64,000 nt of DNA from Pocillopora damicornis (GCF_003704095.1 NW_020846072.1:248001-312000), one strand, 5' to 3'. Numbered from the stretch's first letter, positions 14,140-28,900 are shown. The notes: generated by a model from the letters alone, not told the origin. Made by a program: numbers and translations.

Positions 14140-14944
14140 GAAAGCTGTGGGTAGATGCTCAAACAAGATTCGCGTCTCTCTTTTTTTACCGTGTATTCTA
14201 TACTTAATGTTATTAATGACAAAATTGTAGTCTAAAAGCTTTTAACCCAATATCTAAACATATTTATCACGAGATAACAATATTTTTTCTTGCTACTTTT
14301 ATATTTTTTTCTAATTACATAAATGTGCTGAAGTGAATTTCCCGGAGCAATGTATGTTGACACCGCGAAAGAGTTTTTGCCATTTTTTTGTTTAAATCTA
14401 ATAATAAAGTTAACATTCCACAAGTTAGTTGAGGTTTCTAGTTTTAACGCTGGCCCGTCGTGTCAATGACAAACTCAAAATGCGTATACACAGGAAGAGG
14501 CTACGACAATTTTGTGAGAAAAACTAACCTGCAACCACTCAGAACGCTGAAGATTATCAAGAAGTCTTTTCAGTATTGGAGAAATCGCTTCGGAAGGGCT
14601 GCCTGCCGTCCTTACCCACGTCTAAGAACGAATTTAAAAAAATTAGCGATGTGAAGGGGAATAAGCTAAAATCCATGAAACTTATAATGAATGTTGATTA
14701 ACTTGGGTAAAAGTTGTACTTTAACATTAGAAATACTACAAACGATACATTTTATAGATCTTTCCAGTAATATGATAAATTAATTCATTGCGACAATCAT
14801 TTAATCGTTTTTTCTCGTCATGAATTACAGACAAGACAATCCGGCTTAAGCTGCTTACCAGTGGTCTGAGCTGGTCAAGCTTTCGGTCTGAATGAATAAG
14901 TGAATGAATAAGCTTTCTCTTTCTTCCGTGATCATAGATAGAGG

Positions 14945-15085
14945 ATATTACATGCCAGCGCGTCGATACGAATTTTATCTTCGAGTGTTTAACTCGATAT
15001 CTCACAAGTGAGCAAAGCGAATGAGTGAGATATCCAGTTGAACACGAGGAGATAAAATTCGTATCCACAAGCGGGTATGTAATAT
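14945..15085. repeat. Long imperfect palindrome (foldback repeat)
   Basis: Arms ATATTACAT..GATACGAATTTTATCT..GATATCTCAC and GTGAGATATC..AGATAAAATTCGTATC..ATGTAATAT surround a ~19-nt loop. Confidence 0.85.
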
Positions 15086-17689
15086 TCTGTGTATTATATA
15101 GACAACGATGCGATACCAGGAAAACGATTTCTTGGACTATTGGTAGAAGCTGAAGGAACTATGACAACTGTGTTATATTCACATGTGAAAGATAAAAATT
15201 GTATCTTCACTGATTACCAACTTTTCGTCACTGGAAAAATCCTGGTATGTCATCTGTGTTTTTATAATAAGGTTCCCTCTCTTTTGGAGAACATTTCACT
15301 AGGTTAACGAACACAACTTGAAAATCAACTGATGTGGCTGGACATTTTTGATTGATAACGGAAATCTAAGGATAGGTCGGTTCTAACGATTTGATAGCGC
15401 AGCATTGAAACAACTTGTGCCTTGACAGGTCAAGTTTTGTTCATGTTACCTAAAACGTTCATGTATTGATTATATACAGGTATGTCATGATAATTACAGG
15501 TATTACGTTCAGGAATGATAAAGTTTTCTTCTTGTTTTAAGTCAATAGCTTAAGTCTTACATGGCTGTCGGCATAGGTGGTTTTTCCAGGGGTAAGTCAA
15601 GCCTTTAACTCCCGGAAGCTTTTCAATCCCAACCACATTATTACACGAACGCATACGAATATGTACATTTTATCATACCCGCAGTCAGTGTCAACCAAGT
15701 GATGTGTTTGCGGGTCCACCCTATGGCCACTAGTGTAAGCCAAGAGATTGATGCAATCCTTATTGAGGTGTACAGACAGCAGCACCTTCAACGTGTTTAG
15801 GATTAAAGAATTCCCTTTCCCGGAATTCTGCTAAGGCACCGTACATAAAGGTACACAGAGATTGTCTTTTGCGTCTTGAGGAAGTAGCCTCAAACAAGAA
15901 GGTCTACTTTTCTCATCTCTTTTCGAGCTGCAACAAAAACACCAAAAAGAAATAAAAGCACTGCTAATAGCACGGGCTAAGCCGATCAGGATAAAGGAAT
16001 CGTGCTCTTTAGATTACCAAAAGTGTCCTCCGTACTCGCCAATCAGCGTTTAACGATTTTCCCTCTGCATTATAAACTTAAGTATTTATATTGAATGCAT
16101 GTGGACAAAGAAAGTGTCTGCAGAATTTTTGTCGCAACCATCCGCTGAACTTGTAATTATAAGGGGTCGACAAAGAAAGCCTCTCCTCTTCCCGTCCCTC
16201 CCTCCTCCCCACTCTTTCTTCCTCCCGAAAAAAAAAGAGCAGTGAAAAAAAAACACGAGGTTAACAACTGACATATTCCAAGCTTACTTTTCACGATGAC
16301 AATCTCCCATAAGTTTTACTTATACAGGTTGCAATAAGAAACAATTAAGCATCAACTAGATCTTTAACGGGAAAGCGGTTTATAATCAAGGAAAATAGGC
16401 TCTGGAGTCGATTCGGAGTCGCTATTTTGGACGCTGACCCGCTTTTACATTTGTCAACCAAATTCTCTTAGTTCTTCTTGCCAAAGTTTGTCGATAATTT
16501 GGCAACAGTTGTCTCTTAACTACCCTTTGCACAGCCGCCGGGCTTGCGAAGTGCCTTCGGCCTCGCCTAACACGCGGCATATTAGACTTATTCTGAACAA
16601 AATAGCTTGCAGAGCATTAAGGCATCTGTGTTTGTGTGTTCAGTCTAAAGAAGAGAGAGAAGACAGGCAAAAGGCGAGTATGAGGAGAGAAGCGCCCCCC
16701 CTCAAAAAATGACGCTTGGGTAGATCTTTTTTGCACCCTTCTCCTTGCTTAACGCCCGCCTCTGCTCGCTCGAATACTAAAAAGGAAAATCCCCTTGGGT
16801 ATACGCTATGAACAAGGAGACGACTCATGGAAAAAACTTGACAAGGACGAAATTTGTAAGTGCAATTGACATGTCAACGACATTTGATAACTCCAACCAA
16901 GTACTATATCAAAGCTTTATTTCTCTCAAACATGGTCATGTTGACCCTCCTGGTAGTGAAAACGTACCCATTCCTCAGAATGCATCAACAGCACGTTTTC
17001 TAGTTTCACTGATTGGAAGACTGCCAGGAACCCATGGCAAGTCTCTAAGCTTTTCAAGATTTCGGTAGTAAATGGAGCCACAATTGACGTTAATTGACAA
17101 CGTGTTAAACACCCAGGTGGACTTCTCGTCACGCAAAAGGAAAGTCTTAAACGAGAGTTACTACATCTATCTTTTTAGTCCTTACCTATCGCCTGAACCA
17201 TGTGAGAAGTCTAAAAATAGTATAAATTTAAGCACGATGCACTTTTGTTTACCCATTTTACCAAGACATCTTTCAAATTCACTTGGTAACACTTAAAATG
17301 GCAAAGGTCTCCCATGTAAATTCTGTATTCTGGTTTCAATATTTTTTGTCATTTCTGCATGGATCTGTTGCTTTTCCTGAGTGAAGCAACCATCCTAACC
17401 AGTTTATGTATTTAAGTGTCAGCTCCTCTTGAATAAGGAATTCCACCCGTTCATTTTCTGATTACTAACGGAGTGTGCAGGTGTATAATTACATTGTTTT
17501 CGTTCCCAGTGTAACATGCACCATGTGTTCTTTTAAGACAACGTGCCGAAAGAATTGCTTGTCTGAGCATGCTCCGTTAAGTATTCTCTGCACAAAAACC
17601 TATTCTTCTCAGCTGTTGCACTTGAGCTTTCCGCACTTAAGTTCTGTTCAGCGAGAAATCTTTTCATCTCCTTTCCAATTTGTTGCGTG

Positions 17690-20600
17690 ATGTTCGCTTC
17701 GCATAGACCTCGTGTTTTTCGTTCGCGTCTCGGGTGTTGCATTTGCGGCGCAAAGTCTTCGAGCTCAAGATTCACGTCTTCGTCAAAATACGAGTTGTTG
17801 TTTAGAGGTTGCTTTCAATTGAATGAGGAGAGGCAAGGAGAGATCTGCAATGCCTGTGTACTTCTGGTCAAACGGTGGAAGAAACTGCCCTCTGGAAGTG
17901 CGAAGAATTGGAAGCATGTAAGTTAAGAAAATCTTACTTCTTTGGGATGTCGTGTTTTCAGGAAGAGCGCAAACCGCAAATTCAAATGTCATTTGCGCTT
18001 GTGTCAATTTTTGGCTCAACTTTTTTTTTTTTTAAACACAGGTCGTAGACAGTAAAGCCACAGTGAAAAGAACTACGAAGCCAAGGAGAAGTTCGAGAAA
18101 TTCTATGACTGTGGAAAACGGAAACGAACTAACTTCCACGATGAACGGTTCAAGAGCAACAAGTGGTCGCAGCGCGAGTTGCGGTGGACAAGAAACTCGA
18201 GGTTGGTTATCGTCTTTATTGTTTATTAGGAAAACTTAAAACGGTAAAAACAATTCTTTTCTTGCCTAGTCTTCGATGACAGTCGCCCTGTTTTTTTCGA
18301 AGACCTCAACTGAATCGTGTGTTCATTTGACATCACTAAAATCATCTGGTTTTTTTTTTTTTTTTTTTGTCCATTTTCTACGTTCTCTTTCAAGGAAACG
18401 AAGCCCGTCAATAAATGAATTAATTAAAACATAACCATTACAGAAATGGTTTGAAACTTCAATGGGAGAATGGCCAAGAAATTATTTAACTTTTTATGGT
18501 AAAGTTGTGCTTTTGAAATTACTTACATATTCCTGTTTTGCACACGAAAATGTACGATTCTGGACATTTCTAGAATTTCCTACACCTAAATAAAATCACT
18601 GAGGCTTCCCTCCCTCAATCTGCTAAGCCCTCTATCTCCTAACCATACTGTTATTTTATTTCTTTTCTATCATGAACCCTTTACACCTTATCATCAGTAT
18701 TCATATTCTCCATACTGTTCTCTGTACATTTACTGAGATGCTGACAAGGAGAATTTGTCTCACAATCAAGAATTTCTTTAGTTGGCAATCATTTCTGTTA
18801 ATCTCATAACATTAATGTGTGATTCAGTGGTGATATTGTAAGGAGAAATTAGATGCTAGTCATTCTTAGGGTGTGAACGGTTAAGGGGGGGGGAGGTTGT
18901 TTCTTTATTTTATTGACCAAGCCCAAGGGCCATTCTAGGAGAGTGTTGGCTTTAAAGAAGAATGTTTGAATAAGTAAGAAGGTAAACTTTAAGCTTGGTC
19001 TCCAAATATTTTTTTAACAAGTAATCAAGCCTCAGACCTTGCAATTTTGTGCTCTGATACTTTGTCTATAGAGCAGTGGATGGTAAGCAATGCCATTTTG
19101 TGGTTGTCAAAAGCCTACTGCAATCTGCAAGGATCTATTTGCACATCAACTATTTTTGAGAAATCAAAATGGATGATAAATCAGAGAATTGTTGTTAACC
19201 CTTTAACCCCTAAGAGAGATCAACTTCTAATTTCTCCCAATGGTATCAGCCCTGAATCAAACATTAAGGTCATGGGATTAACCCTTTAACTCCCATGTAT
19301 GACCAAGACAGAATTTCTCCTTACAATATCAATACAATATCAAGCAGACAAGTGATGAGAATAAATAAAAATATTAATTAGGGGATTATTAGTTGATCCA
19401 GTACTGAATTCTCAAAAGCAACATCAGAAGAACTATATGGCAGACAGTAAGGAGAATTACTAATGAGATCTTGGGAGTTAAAGGATTAAAGAAAGGGATT
19501 GCAAACTCAAGAAGCTCTTAATTGTTGGACAAATTCTCTTTGTAAGCACCATAAGAAATTTTTTGAGAATGGTATGGAAAATAAGCATGCTGATGTTAGG
19601 GTGTAGGGGATCAACAGCACATTTGTAAGCATGCTCTCTGCATCTCTCCTTGTGCCTTCTGTTTGGAACTGGTTGTCTACAAAGTCATTATTTCTGTTCT
19701 TACCTCAATTGCCTGTTTCTTCTCCCCTTATGGCTTTGTCCTTAGTTCCATTGAGAGCTTTCAGAATGTTATAGGACTTGAAGGATTGTGCAACCAACTC
19801 TGTTGTAATTTCCTTCCATGCTCAATTTATCCACTGCAAAACCAGTTCCTTGCTGGGAGATCACTTCCCTCCCTGAGGGAGGGTAGATAAATTGACCATT
19901 CACCATCCATTCCTGATACTGGGTTCTGATCTTTGTTTTGAATTGCTTGTTGATACCCTTGTCAATGGGCTGCCTGGCATCACAACAACATCAGTTTTCA
20001 ATCTCATGGAGATGGATGTTAATGCTTCCAGTTGTTGTACTATCCCAGGGAAGCTGTGAAGTTTGGGCCACTACTAAGTTCTTTGGCTTTCACTTCCACC
20101 ATCATTCCATCAACTGACAGATTTAACAATGTAGAAACTGATTTATCAATATAGAAAGTGAGTAGTACAAAAATGGAAAGGAATGATAACAGGTAAACAA
20201 TATTATAGCTGGTGATATCAATCAAATGAAATACTTATGAAATAAAATATCTTTTATCTTATAATAGTAGTCTTTTCCCATCTCTCATCTTCATTACTGT
20301 CTGAGAGGCTGGAAGAGTGTTTGCAGTATATTTAGCTTTCATGGGTGGTAAACCATCACAGTTATGATTTATGACATCTGCCAATTGTTTGCAGATGATG
20401 ATGAAATTGAAACAGATAGTGGGGAGATGTCACCCACGTTGATGTGTGGCTCACCAAGTCCCAGTCCCAGTGATGTGTCTGATGATTTGTCATCAGGTTC
20501 AACGACCACCTCTTCAAAACAAGTACGTCAAGTGTCAACAGCTTCACAAACATCCTTTCTGTTCCCATCCCTTACCTCTTCAGCAAATAATAAGCTGCCA

Positions 20601-20768
20601 TTCATTGACCTGTCAATGTGGCGACGTGAAGAAATCTGCTGTGGCACCATATTCAGAGGGCCTCATGGTGAGGTCCTTGTAGACCCTAAGCTTCTGAACC
20701 CTGTGTGTACATGCTCTTGTAGTGCCAGGCCCCCTGTACATGTCGCCGAAACAAAGAGTGTTAACTAG
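17690..20768 (+). CDS. SINHCAF: SIN3-HDAC complex-associated factor (FAM60A), 3 coding exons, 253 aa
   Basis: Exons 17690-17917, 18042-18201, 20395-20768 (762 nt). N-terminal GCCICGAKSSSSRFT...GEICNACVLLVKRWKKLP..NWKHVVD and C-terminal FIDLSMWRREEICCGTIFRGPHGEVLVDP are FAM60A signatures. Confidence 0.95.
18673..18884. mobile_element. Family A TTAA MITE, full length
   Basis: AACCCTTTACACC...GGTGTGAACGGTTAA, 212 bp, in SINHCAF intron 2. Confidence 0.8.
19195..19614. mobile_element. Nested TTAA MITEs: family B (19278-19489) inside family A
   Basis: The inner copy is bounded by duplicated TTAA. Removing it restores a contiguous A element. Confidence 0.85.
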
Positions 20769-21540
20769 AAATTATATAGTGCTCTGGCCTGAAAAGATCA
20801 GTTAAAGATTTGCTTCCAATTCTGTTTCTGACAGAGTCCTTTAGCACATGTTCACATGACATTGCATAACTGAATCTTGCAAATTTCAATCTGTCTCATC
20901 AAAATATAATTTGGTGCAACATATACCATAGTTTCCAAGTCCTTAAAACTCAGAGCCAAAATGAACATATGTTCATGACATCATCACATACATGTACTGC
21001 AATTATGATGGTAAGACTTGAAATAATTGATATCTTCAATAGCCTTCAAATGAGTCCAGTATCATCATTTCCAAAGCAAGAGAATTATTGTCTTATAGTT
21101 AATGCATATAATATTCTCGACTAATTTTTTTTTGTACTCATTTTGTATCAATATGGGTAGCGTTTAAATTTTTATCATTTTCTTTTGTTTGTTTGTTTTT
21201 CTGTTATTTTGAATATTTTGTCTCTTTTTTTTTTTGTATTTTGTAAGATACTTTTTGCATTGGAAGGGCTGTTTTTGATTGTTTGCTTACTTTCTTCAGC
21301 AGTCTCAGTCTTTATTGATAACTGCTTGCCATGCAAAACTTGATTACTCTATTTTCTTTGGTTAATTTTTGTCAACTAAAGATAACTGCAACTTTGTGGA
21401 AGTTACTGTTTATCCAGTTTACTTAAAGTCATGTTTCATTGTTAAGGAAATCACTATGAGAAACCTCAATGGACTGTACTTTTCACACATGCACACAGAG
21501 GATGCAACCATACTCTGACTCTTTGTGTCTGTTACTGTAA

Positions 21541-21762
21541 TTAAATCTTTTAACCCCCCAAGATCTGATTATTAATTTCCTCTCTAGCTACAATTCTTAA
21601 CATTTCCATACAACTTAGTAACAAAAATTTGTTGTTAGGTCAATATAACAACTTTTACCTAATAACAGGCATTGAGTATTTGCAATGCCTGTTTGCTGGA
21701 TAGGTATGGATATTATAAGAGAGGCTACATGTTAAACACGTTTTGAAGTTGAAGGGTTTTAA
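21541..21762. mobile_element. Diverged TTAA MITE related to families A/B
   Basis: TTTAACCCCCCAAGATCT...GAAGTTGAAGGGTT, similar length to A/B copies. Confidence 0.55.
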
Positions 21763-24568
21763 AAGACATTATTACTTACTGTAGGTATCAACATGGGTTG
21801 ATAGAGTAAACTACCTTTCACTTTGCTTGTTAGTAGTCTGTTGATTAGAGATCTCAAAGTGAATGCTGCTCATGATCCATCAACTCTGAAAGCTCCTTAA
21901 CACAATGATAATCATCAAAGTTTAGTATAACATTTTAACAGAGAGAGCAAACAAATTCCAGTTTAGATTGTCTATATTCACTTACATATGCATGCACCTA
22001 ACAATTTTCTTTTTGCAGTGCCTTAGTCCTTTTACACCAAAAATCTAAATATCAACTTCCTAAACTTTTACATATATTACTTATGTTACTTTTTCTCATG
22101 TATTATTCCTTATGGGTATCTTCTGTAACTTCCCATTAGTTGAGGAAATTCATCCTAGGAAATTCACAGGGTGAGAGGGTTAAATAGGCCATTAACATCA
22201 ATTGGCATATTCCAAAAATCAACAAATCAAAGGTTAAATTATCAACACAGTTCCTAAATAGCCATTCCTCACAGAGAACAATTACTCTTACCTGGAGATA
22301 ATTCTTGACCATCATTGATTGTTATTACTGATACTTACTAACAGCATGGGATTTTTTTGTAGTATTATTCATTTGTTGTATTAGTTGATGTGTTCTAAAT
22401 GGGGAGGCTTGCTGCAATTTTTCCATCTTTGTATATAGTTAAAATGTCAGGTTGGATTTTTAGTGTATATAGTGTTTTGACCTGCATTCATGTATACGTG
22501 TTTACAAAACTTTATTAAGTAGGTTTCTTGTGATTGTTGAAGGTAATTTTTAACTTGAAGGGCACATTTGACAAAACAACCAAGAAAAATGAGAGAAACT
22601 CGGCAGAAGCTTCAGACAATGAACACACCAAAAGTGCAGATCATCTTCAAATCCCTTTGTTATCACCAAAGTGTATTATCTTGTACACTGTCCAACATTT
22701 CAGTTCAGAACTTGAGGCTTTCCATTGAGCATGAATCTTTTTAAATGATATATTTAGATATTTAGATGTTTGTTACTACTTTCACAGTGGTATATGCGGT
22801 AGGGCACAGAAGTAAAGAGCAATAATAATTATTGTTTGTAAAGTATAGCAGAAAAATCAGTTACAACAAAAGTATTAGCTGTCCTCTTTCAAGCATAGTT
22901 TTGTGATCAGCACTTCTCCACCTCTTTTTGTTGTGCCTTCTTACCCTCAGTATTCATATGACATTGATTTCCCATTATCCATACCTAACTTTCTCAACTT
23001 AACTGATTGATTAATCTGGAAAGGAGGAACTACACAGAAAAAAATGTAGAAAAGTGTTCAGTGGCCTCATTGTGGGACACCTTACAAATAAGTTTGTTTT
23101 ACAACATTTATATAGCATAATATCATCCTAAGGTTGCTTAGAAATATCTTTAAGTACTTTTTTTAAGTATGTCATTTATATAATTATAGCAACCTGTAAT
23201 GAAGTGTGATATTTATTAATTTACAGGTACAACTATAAAATACCAGAGAATTAGAAAACACATTTGGAGCATATTGTTCCACAAAAAATTTTTAGTTGGT
23301 GGAAGTTTACAGTTTCAAAGTATGATTTGATCCAGAAATAATGGTTTAATATAAGAATTTTTTAGAGACAGTGTAATAAAGTTTGCCAATGAAGTAAGTT
23401 ATTTTTTAAGGATATTGATATAAAAATACACATGTAGATGCACACCTTTCTGTGTTGTTGTTGATTTTCCCCTTTGTTGCTTCTGAGAAAGAAATTCCTG
23501 ATATTGAATCAAGTCCTAGACCATCTGCTTTCCCAATTTTAACCACAAAACTGTTCAAAGGGGTGTGATGGGATTGTGGCAAGATGAAAATTCCTATGTT
23601 TATCTCTCACCTACTTAAATAGACTACCAACTCAATTTTTAACAAGGGTGGAGTCAGGATGTAGGCCTCCCCAATAGGGGCACTCTTATGGAGGTCAACA
23701 ATGTAGGCAGAAATCAAACCCTCTCCAATCAGAGGAAATTGATAAATGACAAAATTAATTTTCAACTTAGGTGGAGTGAGAATGGATGCCTAATAAATGG
23801 AGGTGATCAAAGTAGATAGAGGTCAACCCCTCCCCTCCGAACAAAACGAAATATATTTGCTCTGTATTTGGCGGTGAAAGACTTGCATCACCTCAGCTTT
23901 TAAGAATAAACGTAGTCGAATGTTACAGAATCTAAAGGTGGGCTTGAATGTAAGCCGGGAAAAAAAACTACTATTATCTCAACTATAAAAAGCATGGTTA
24001 ATTTAATAATTATTTTAATCGCCTTAGAAAATTAAATTCGGACGATTAAAAAGAAATCAATGAGCGAAGCAGCACAAGATTTCTAAAAAACCGTTTTACT
24101 TGATGCCCCGATCCAACAAGCTTGTATTACAACATTCCGGTTCGTGAGGTACTGAATTTTTTCTTTTGATATCTGGAGACTTCTAGAACTTTCAGACAAA
24201 CAAAACCACATCTTCATGGAAACGTCTTCGAATTCCCGAAACAACAACTTAAAGACCAGATGAGCGACGTCGAAAGTTGAACTGTTCAAATCTAAAAGAG
24301 ACGTTTGAAGAAAGTACCGTTTGTTTCTTGATGATGTAGAACTGGGAGAGGTGCACATGATCCATTTTCCTCATGGAATTTTTTACACTGCTATTTCCCT
24401 ATCTTTTAGACCGAAAAATCTCTGAAGTTGATTCTGGAAACTGCCAACTTGCAGTTGAGCCCTCTTCTCCACCAAAGAAAGAAGGGAACAATGATAATGA
24501 ATCGTGGAAAGACGACTGGGTCAAGCAAATCAAAGTTTCCGTGGGAAAGACACTTCGTTGCAAGGCTA

Positions 24569-25968
24569 CTACACTCGATTCTCGTCTATGTAGGGGGACG
24601 GTACCATTTGCAATGGCGGTGATTCACCTGTTTTGTGATTTAACGGCAAATCGTGACTTCCAGAATCGGTACAATGCTGAGGTTTAATAGCTTGAAACTG
24701 CAGTGCCTTACACCCACAGAAGAGCTTAAAGAATGTGTTTCTGTATTCTTTATGATAATACCAGTATATCAAAGGATTTACGCACGAATTGAGAAACGCA
24801 ATTGCATTCCACCATTTGTGTAGCGAACTTGATACATCCGTGATTCCAAAGGGGAACAAAGTGTAACTGACTTGGGCCGGTAGCCAGCTCAGAGTGAAGA
24901 CTGCAGCTGTCAGTGCACATAGCTGTAGTACAGTTTTCTGTCGAACTCGTCTGCCGTCGCTCTTCTGCCCAGCACCAAGAGAGTTCGGTGAGCGAAATTT
25001 GATGTGCGCAAAAGTCAGCCATGTTATAACACACGGCACTATAAAGTTTGCAAAGCCGTAAATTGCAATTAACGCCTGCGCACCTGTTTCACCGTATGGA
25101 GCTTCGACCGTCTCGCATTTATTTCCGACAAGTCTTTTCTCAAACATTTTGTGAATTTGTAGCGCGCAGCTCAGTGTCCATGATCCCACTACATAGACGA
25201 TACGGCGCCTTCGGCTGAAGTGTATCATATACTTTACCGGTCTCAGCACACAGCACCAGCGTTCCATAGCAAGGCATGTGACGAGTAAAATGGATACCTT
25301 GGCGATTGTAAACAGGAGATATCTGTTGGCCAATAGTGCGCAGAACATGTGTCCACCAATTCCACGAGAAATCGGAATCAAGGATTGTCTGCTCACGTAG
25401 CCTGGTGTTACAATCAAGGTAAGTCCTGTGGGGAGAAGTACGACATTTCGTCAGCTGTGTCTGGTATTGCAACATGCAAGGTAGTTGCAGGTAGTTGTCA
25501 TCTATATATTCTACGGCTCTAACTAACTCCTCCCATAGAGTTGTGTCGATAACTAAAGGTTTCGCCACGTTGCAAGTTCGCCCTCTTTTTGTTTATTTAT
25601 TTACTCCCAACATCTAGAGTGTACCACCTGGGAATTCTTACATTGCAGTCCTACGTCATTTAGATAATGACCTTACCCAGTGACAAAAGGAAAGATATCT
25701 CACCTGTGAGTAAATCTGTGATGGCCAAATTAAATAGGAGGAAGTTGTGTGGCTTTCGCATCAGGGAAGGTTTCTTCAACAGCACAATACAAAACATGAA
25801 ATTAAGCACGAAAGCTAAGGCAGCGATTACGCTGAAAGTGACTTCAAGTACAGTTTCTGATTGGCTGGTTTCAATAGACGGTTTTGGTTGGTTGGACAGA
25901 ACATTTGGCTGTGTCGGACTGCTTTTGTTAGCAAGCAGGTCCGTTGCCAACGCACTGTATTCTGCCAT
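24569..25968 (-). CDS. Orphan rhodopsin-family (class A) GPCR, 2 exons, 373 aa
   Basis: Exons 25704-25968 and 24569-25425. Seven hydrophobic segments; TM2 NLAITD, TM3 LAMERW, TM6 SWLP, TM7 NSCVNPLIY. Confidence 0.92.
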
Positions 25969-28900
25969 GCTCAACAGTCTGTGAAGTAAGTAAAGCACGT
26001 TTTATGAGGAAATTATTGCATGTGAGTTTTAAAAACACGGTACTCCTAAAATTTGGCCCCTCTACTCAAGTTAACAATTTCGATAGTATCTGGCGTTCCC
26101 GTAACATCTACATCGCGTTCATTCAGTGCAATTCTGGTTTAATCACATAAATTGGTGTTATGTTAAACGTACTGTAATGAGAGCTCATCGATTTTTCTGT
26201 TTTTGTTTTTGTTTCTGTTTTTTTTTCCCTAAAATTTCTAAGGCACCGACATATTTGACTGGCACTGACATTGGTGGATCCACATGTCTTCAATTCAGTC
26301 ATTTTGTTTTAACCTATAATTTCCTCTCTATACTAGAATTATCTATTTGCAAATCCTTTCAGAAAACATCCGTGAATCCGCTTTAGTAGTCATGTAAAGG
26401 ATATTCAGGAAACGTTTTGGAGCACCCACTATATTCGAGAAAATTGCTGGTAACTAATGAATATTTTTAACAAATCTCACACCCAATTTTACTTATACAA
26501 CAGAGCGCATCTTTGAAAATGAGTCAACACCCATGGTTCTTATGGTGTCGTGTTGTTCCGACTTTCCAAATATGTGTATTCTACCACTAGGCTTGTGTTT
26601 ATTTTTGTTGACTCCCTGGGCAGTACAAGTAGATTTTTACCTCAAACACAATTTATAGTTAGACCTCCACAGTAATAACAGGGAGGTGCCTTTTTTCGAA
26701 ATCTACCTGATAGGATGATGCCATGTATCGGCTTAAGCTTGGAAATACATTCTTAGTACAGTAACTTAAGGCCTCCCTCGAAACTTTGACACTTGCCGTT
26801 ATAATAGAATACAAAGCGAACACGCATGTAAATACGCTTCTATCGATTAGGATTGATTTTATTTTGGCCATAGACCAAACACTTCTATATCAGAAATGTT
26901 GATGTAGAATTTCTTTTAAAATAACAACCCTTTCGTACTTTTGATTTAGTAAGAATCTTATTAGGAGTGATAGATATTTCCGAGGCAGTTTATAGAATTT
27001 TTGAAAAGTGATTTCTTCATTGTTTGATGCAAAATTCAACAACATCGAAAGACAACCATCCTCTCTGACAATATTAGTTATCTGATATAGTTGAAGTCTA
27101 TAGGTTCTCAATTTATAATCTTTTTTGGCTTGAAATTTCGCCGGAAAAGACTCTTATAAATTAATTGGTGATTCAGTATAAATTCGTGTTAATCACGAGA
27201 TTATTAATGAGGAAACATTAGTGCAAGATGCCCTCTTAAAAATGCTTTGAAATAAGTGTTGATGACGAGTACATGCAAGGAGTACGTGTTGTATCACGAA
27301 CCATACGCCGGCGAAAAATGCCGGTCGAAAACACTGGTACAGTCCGACGGCGACGCTTCTTTCGTAGGAAAATAGATTTTATTACATGAATAAATTTTTA
27401 GCAATCTACTCAAACTCAGATGGTGACCTAAAAATTTCACATTATTTCGGTCAAATATTGCAAACTTCTCTCTTCACAGCTCCAAACTGAATCTTTAACT
27501 TTTACATAAGATTAACAAACATCGTCACTTTTTGTTCCTTTTTTTCTTTTGTGTGTTTGTCCCGTAAATAGAAGAAATTAAATGAAGAATGATCCTTGTA
27601 CAAGCACAATAAATTGAAGCTAGAGATTAAACCCAAAAAAAATTCATGCCTAAGGGTCGAAACTTAATGACCTACGAATAACTCGTATGAAATAAGGGCG
27701 CTTTCAAATTTCCATTTTTACGAGATCCGTTGCCATTCATTGATCAAAACAACATCGTCGTAAATTAACAGAAGAACAAAAAAAAAACTACTTAAACAAA
27801 TTTGTCTTGCCGTAACATTGTAAAGGCTTAGAAATTGCTGTTGCATAATTTATATGACAGGTTTTTCAAACACAAACGTCTTTTTCACAAAGAACTAAAA
27901 TGAAATATACTGACATCTATAGAGCGATATCAAGTGACGAACTCAGTTTTCTGATGATGTAAAAAACACCTTTGCACCGACCGAAGTAAACTGAGGTTAT
28001 GTTCCAAGTTCAGTTTCTTACTTTGATCGATGTCTATTGTGCTTGGACTGCTTAGAAAAACCACAAGGAATATTGAGAGTTCATTACAGTTTTGATCAAA
28101 GCAGTTGGACGACAAAATACCAACCCAATACTGTAAGTAATCAAATTTTTTTGAAAACTAAAGTGGCATAATCTTACCTAAAACTCAGTACTCAAACTTG
28201 CCCCTCCGTTTATTCTTTTACGTGACTTCTTGCCAAACGTGTACATCAGAAGCACTTCAGTGCTCAACGTAAAACTTATGATACCCAAATTATTGTTCAC
28301 GATATTATTTTCAGAGGCGGGCGGGCGGACACTCTTGAGTGCTGTTATCTTTGCTATATAGATTTACAGCGAATTCATTAGAACTGAAAAGCTAAAACAA
28401 AAAGACTTATGTTTTATCATGTTAGCGTTTTTCCGGTGATTAATAACTTTTTGGCCTTCTGCTGTAGAAATGTTTGCCTTGGAAATAATCCTGTTTTCAA
28501 ACTTACGGACACTATTCAATTTTAAGGGAACGAAATAAAGAACTGATAAAAGGAAATAAAAAACAAAATAAGAGAAAACTCATCTAAGAACACTTAGAGC
28601 GTGCGTTTATTTTATCGAAGGAAAAACAAGGAAAGGTGAATTTTTAAGCCTTTAAATGACTACGATTCTTGCCGGAATAGAATAGAATTGAGAGGATTTC
28701 AATCAGTTTAATCCTTCTTTTGTTTCAATAAGAACATAAATGCTGTACGAAGACCATTGTAACCAGCATATCATTATTAATGCGCAAGACATTGTTTTAA
28801 AGTGACTTTTTTGGGGTGGAACGCTATGGGTATCTTGGCGGAATACCGATTGTTCGAATTACAATAATGAAGATTGCATTTTGAGTGACGCTTTTTTGAA

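Noticed and set aside
16488-17690. Cluster of short ORFs upstream of SINHCAF
   Set aside because: GC-richer promoter or 5' UTR DNA yields chance ORFs. None resembles a protein, and uORF status cannot be judged without a TSS.
23630-23835. Two degenerate ~125-bp direct repeats (GGTGGAGT..ATGGAGGT..)
   Set aside because: Too diverged to define boundaries or function.
24083-24687. ORFs of 91 and 104 aa just downstream of the minus-strand GPCR
   Set aside because: No recognisable motifs or splice structure; partly antisense overlap with the GPCR 3' end.
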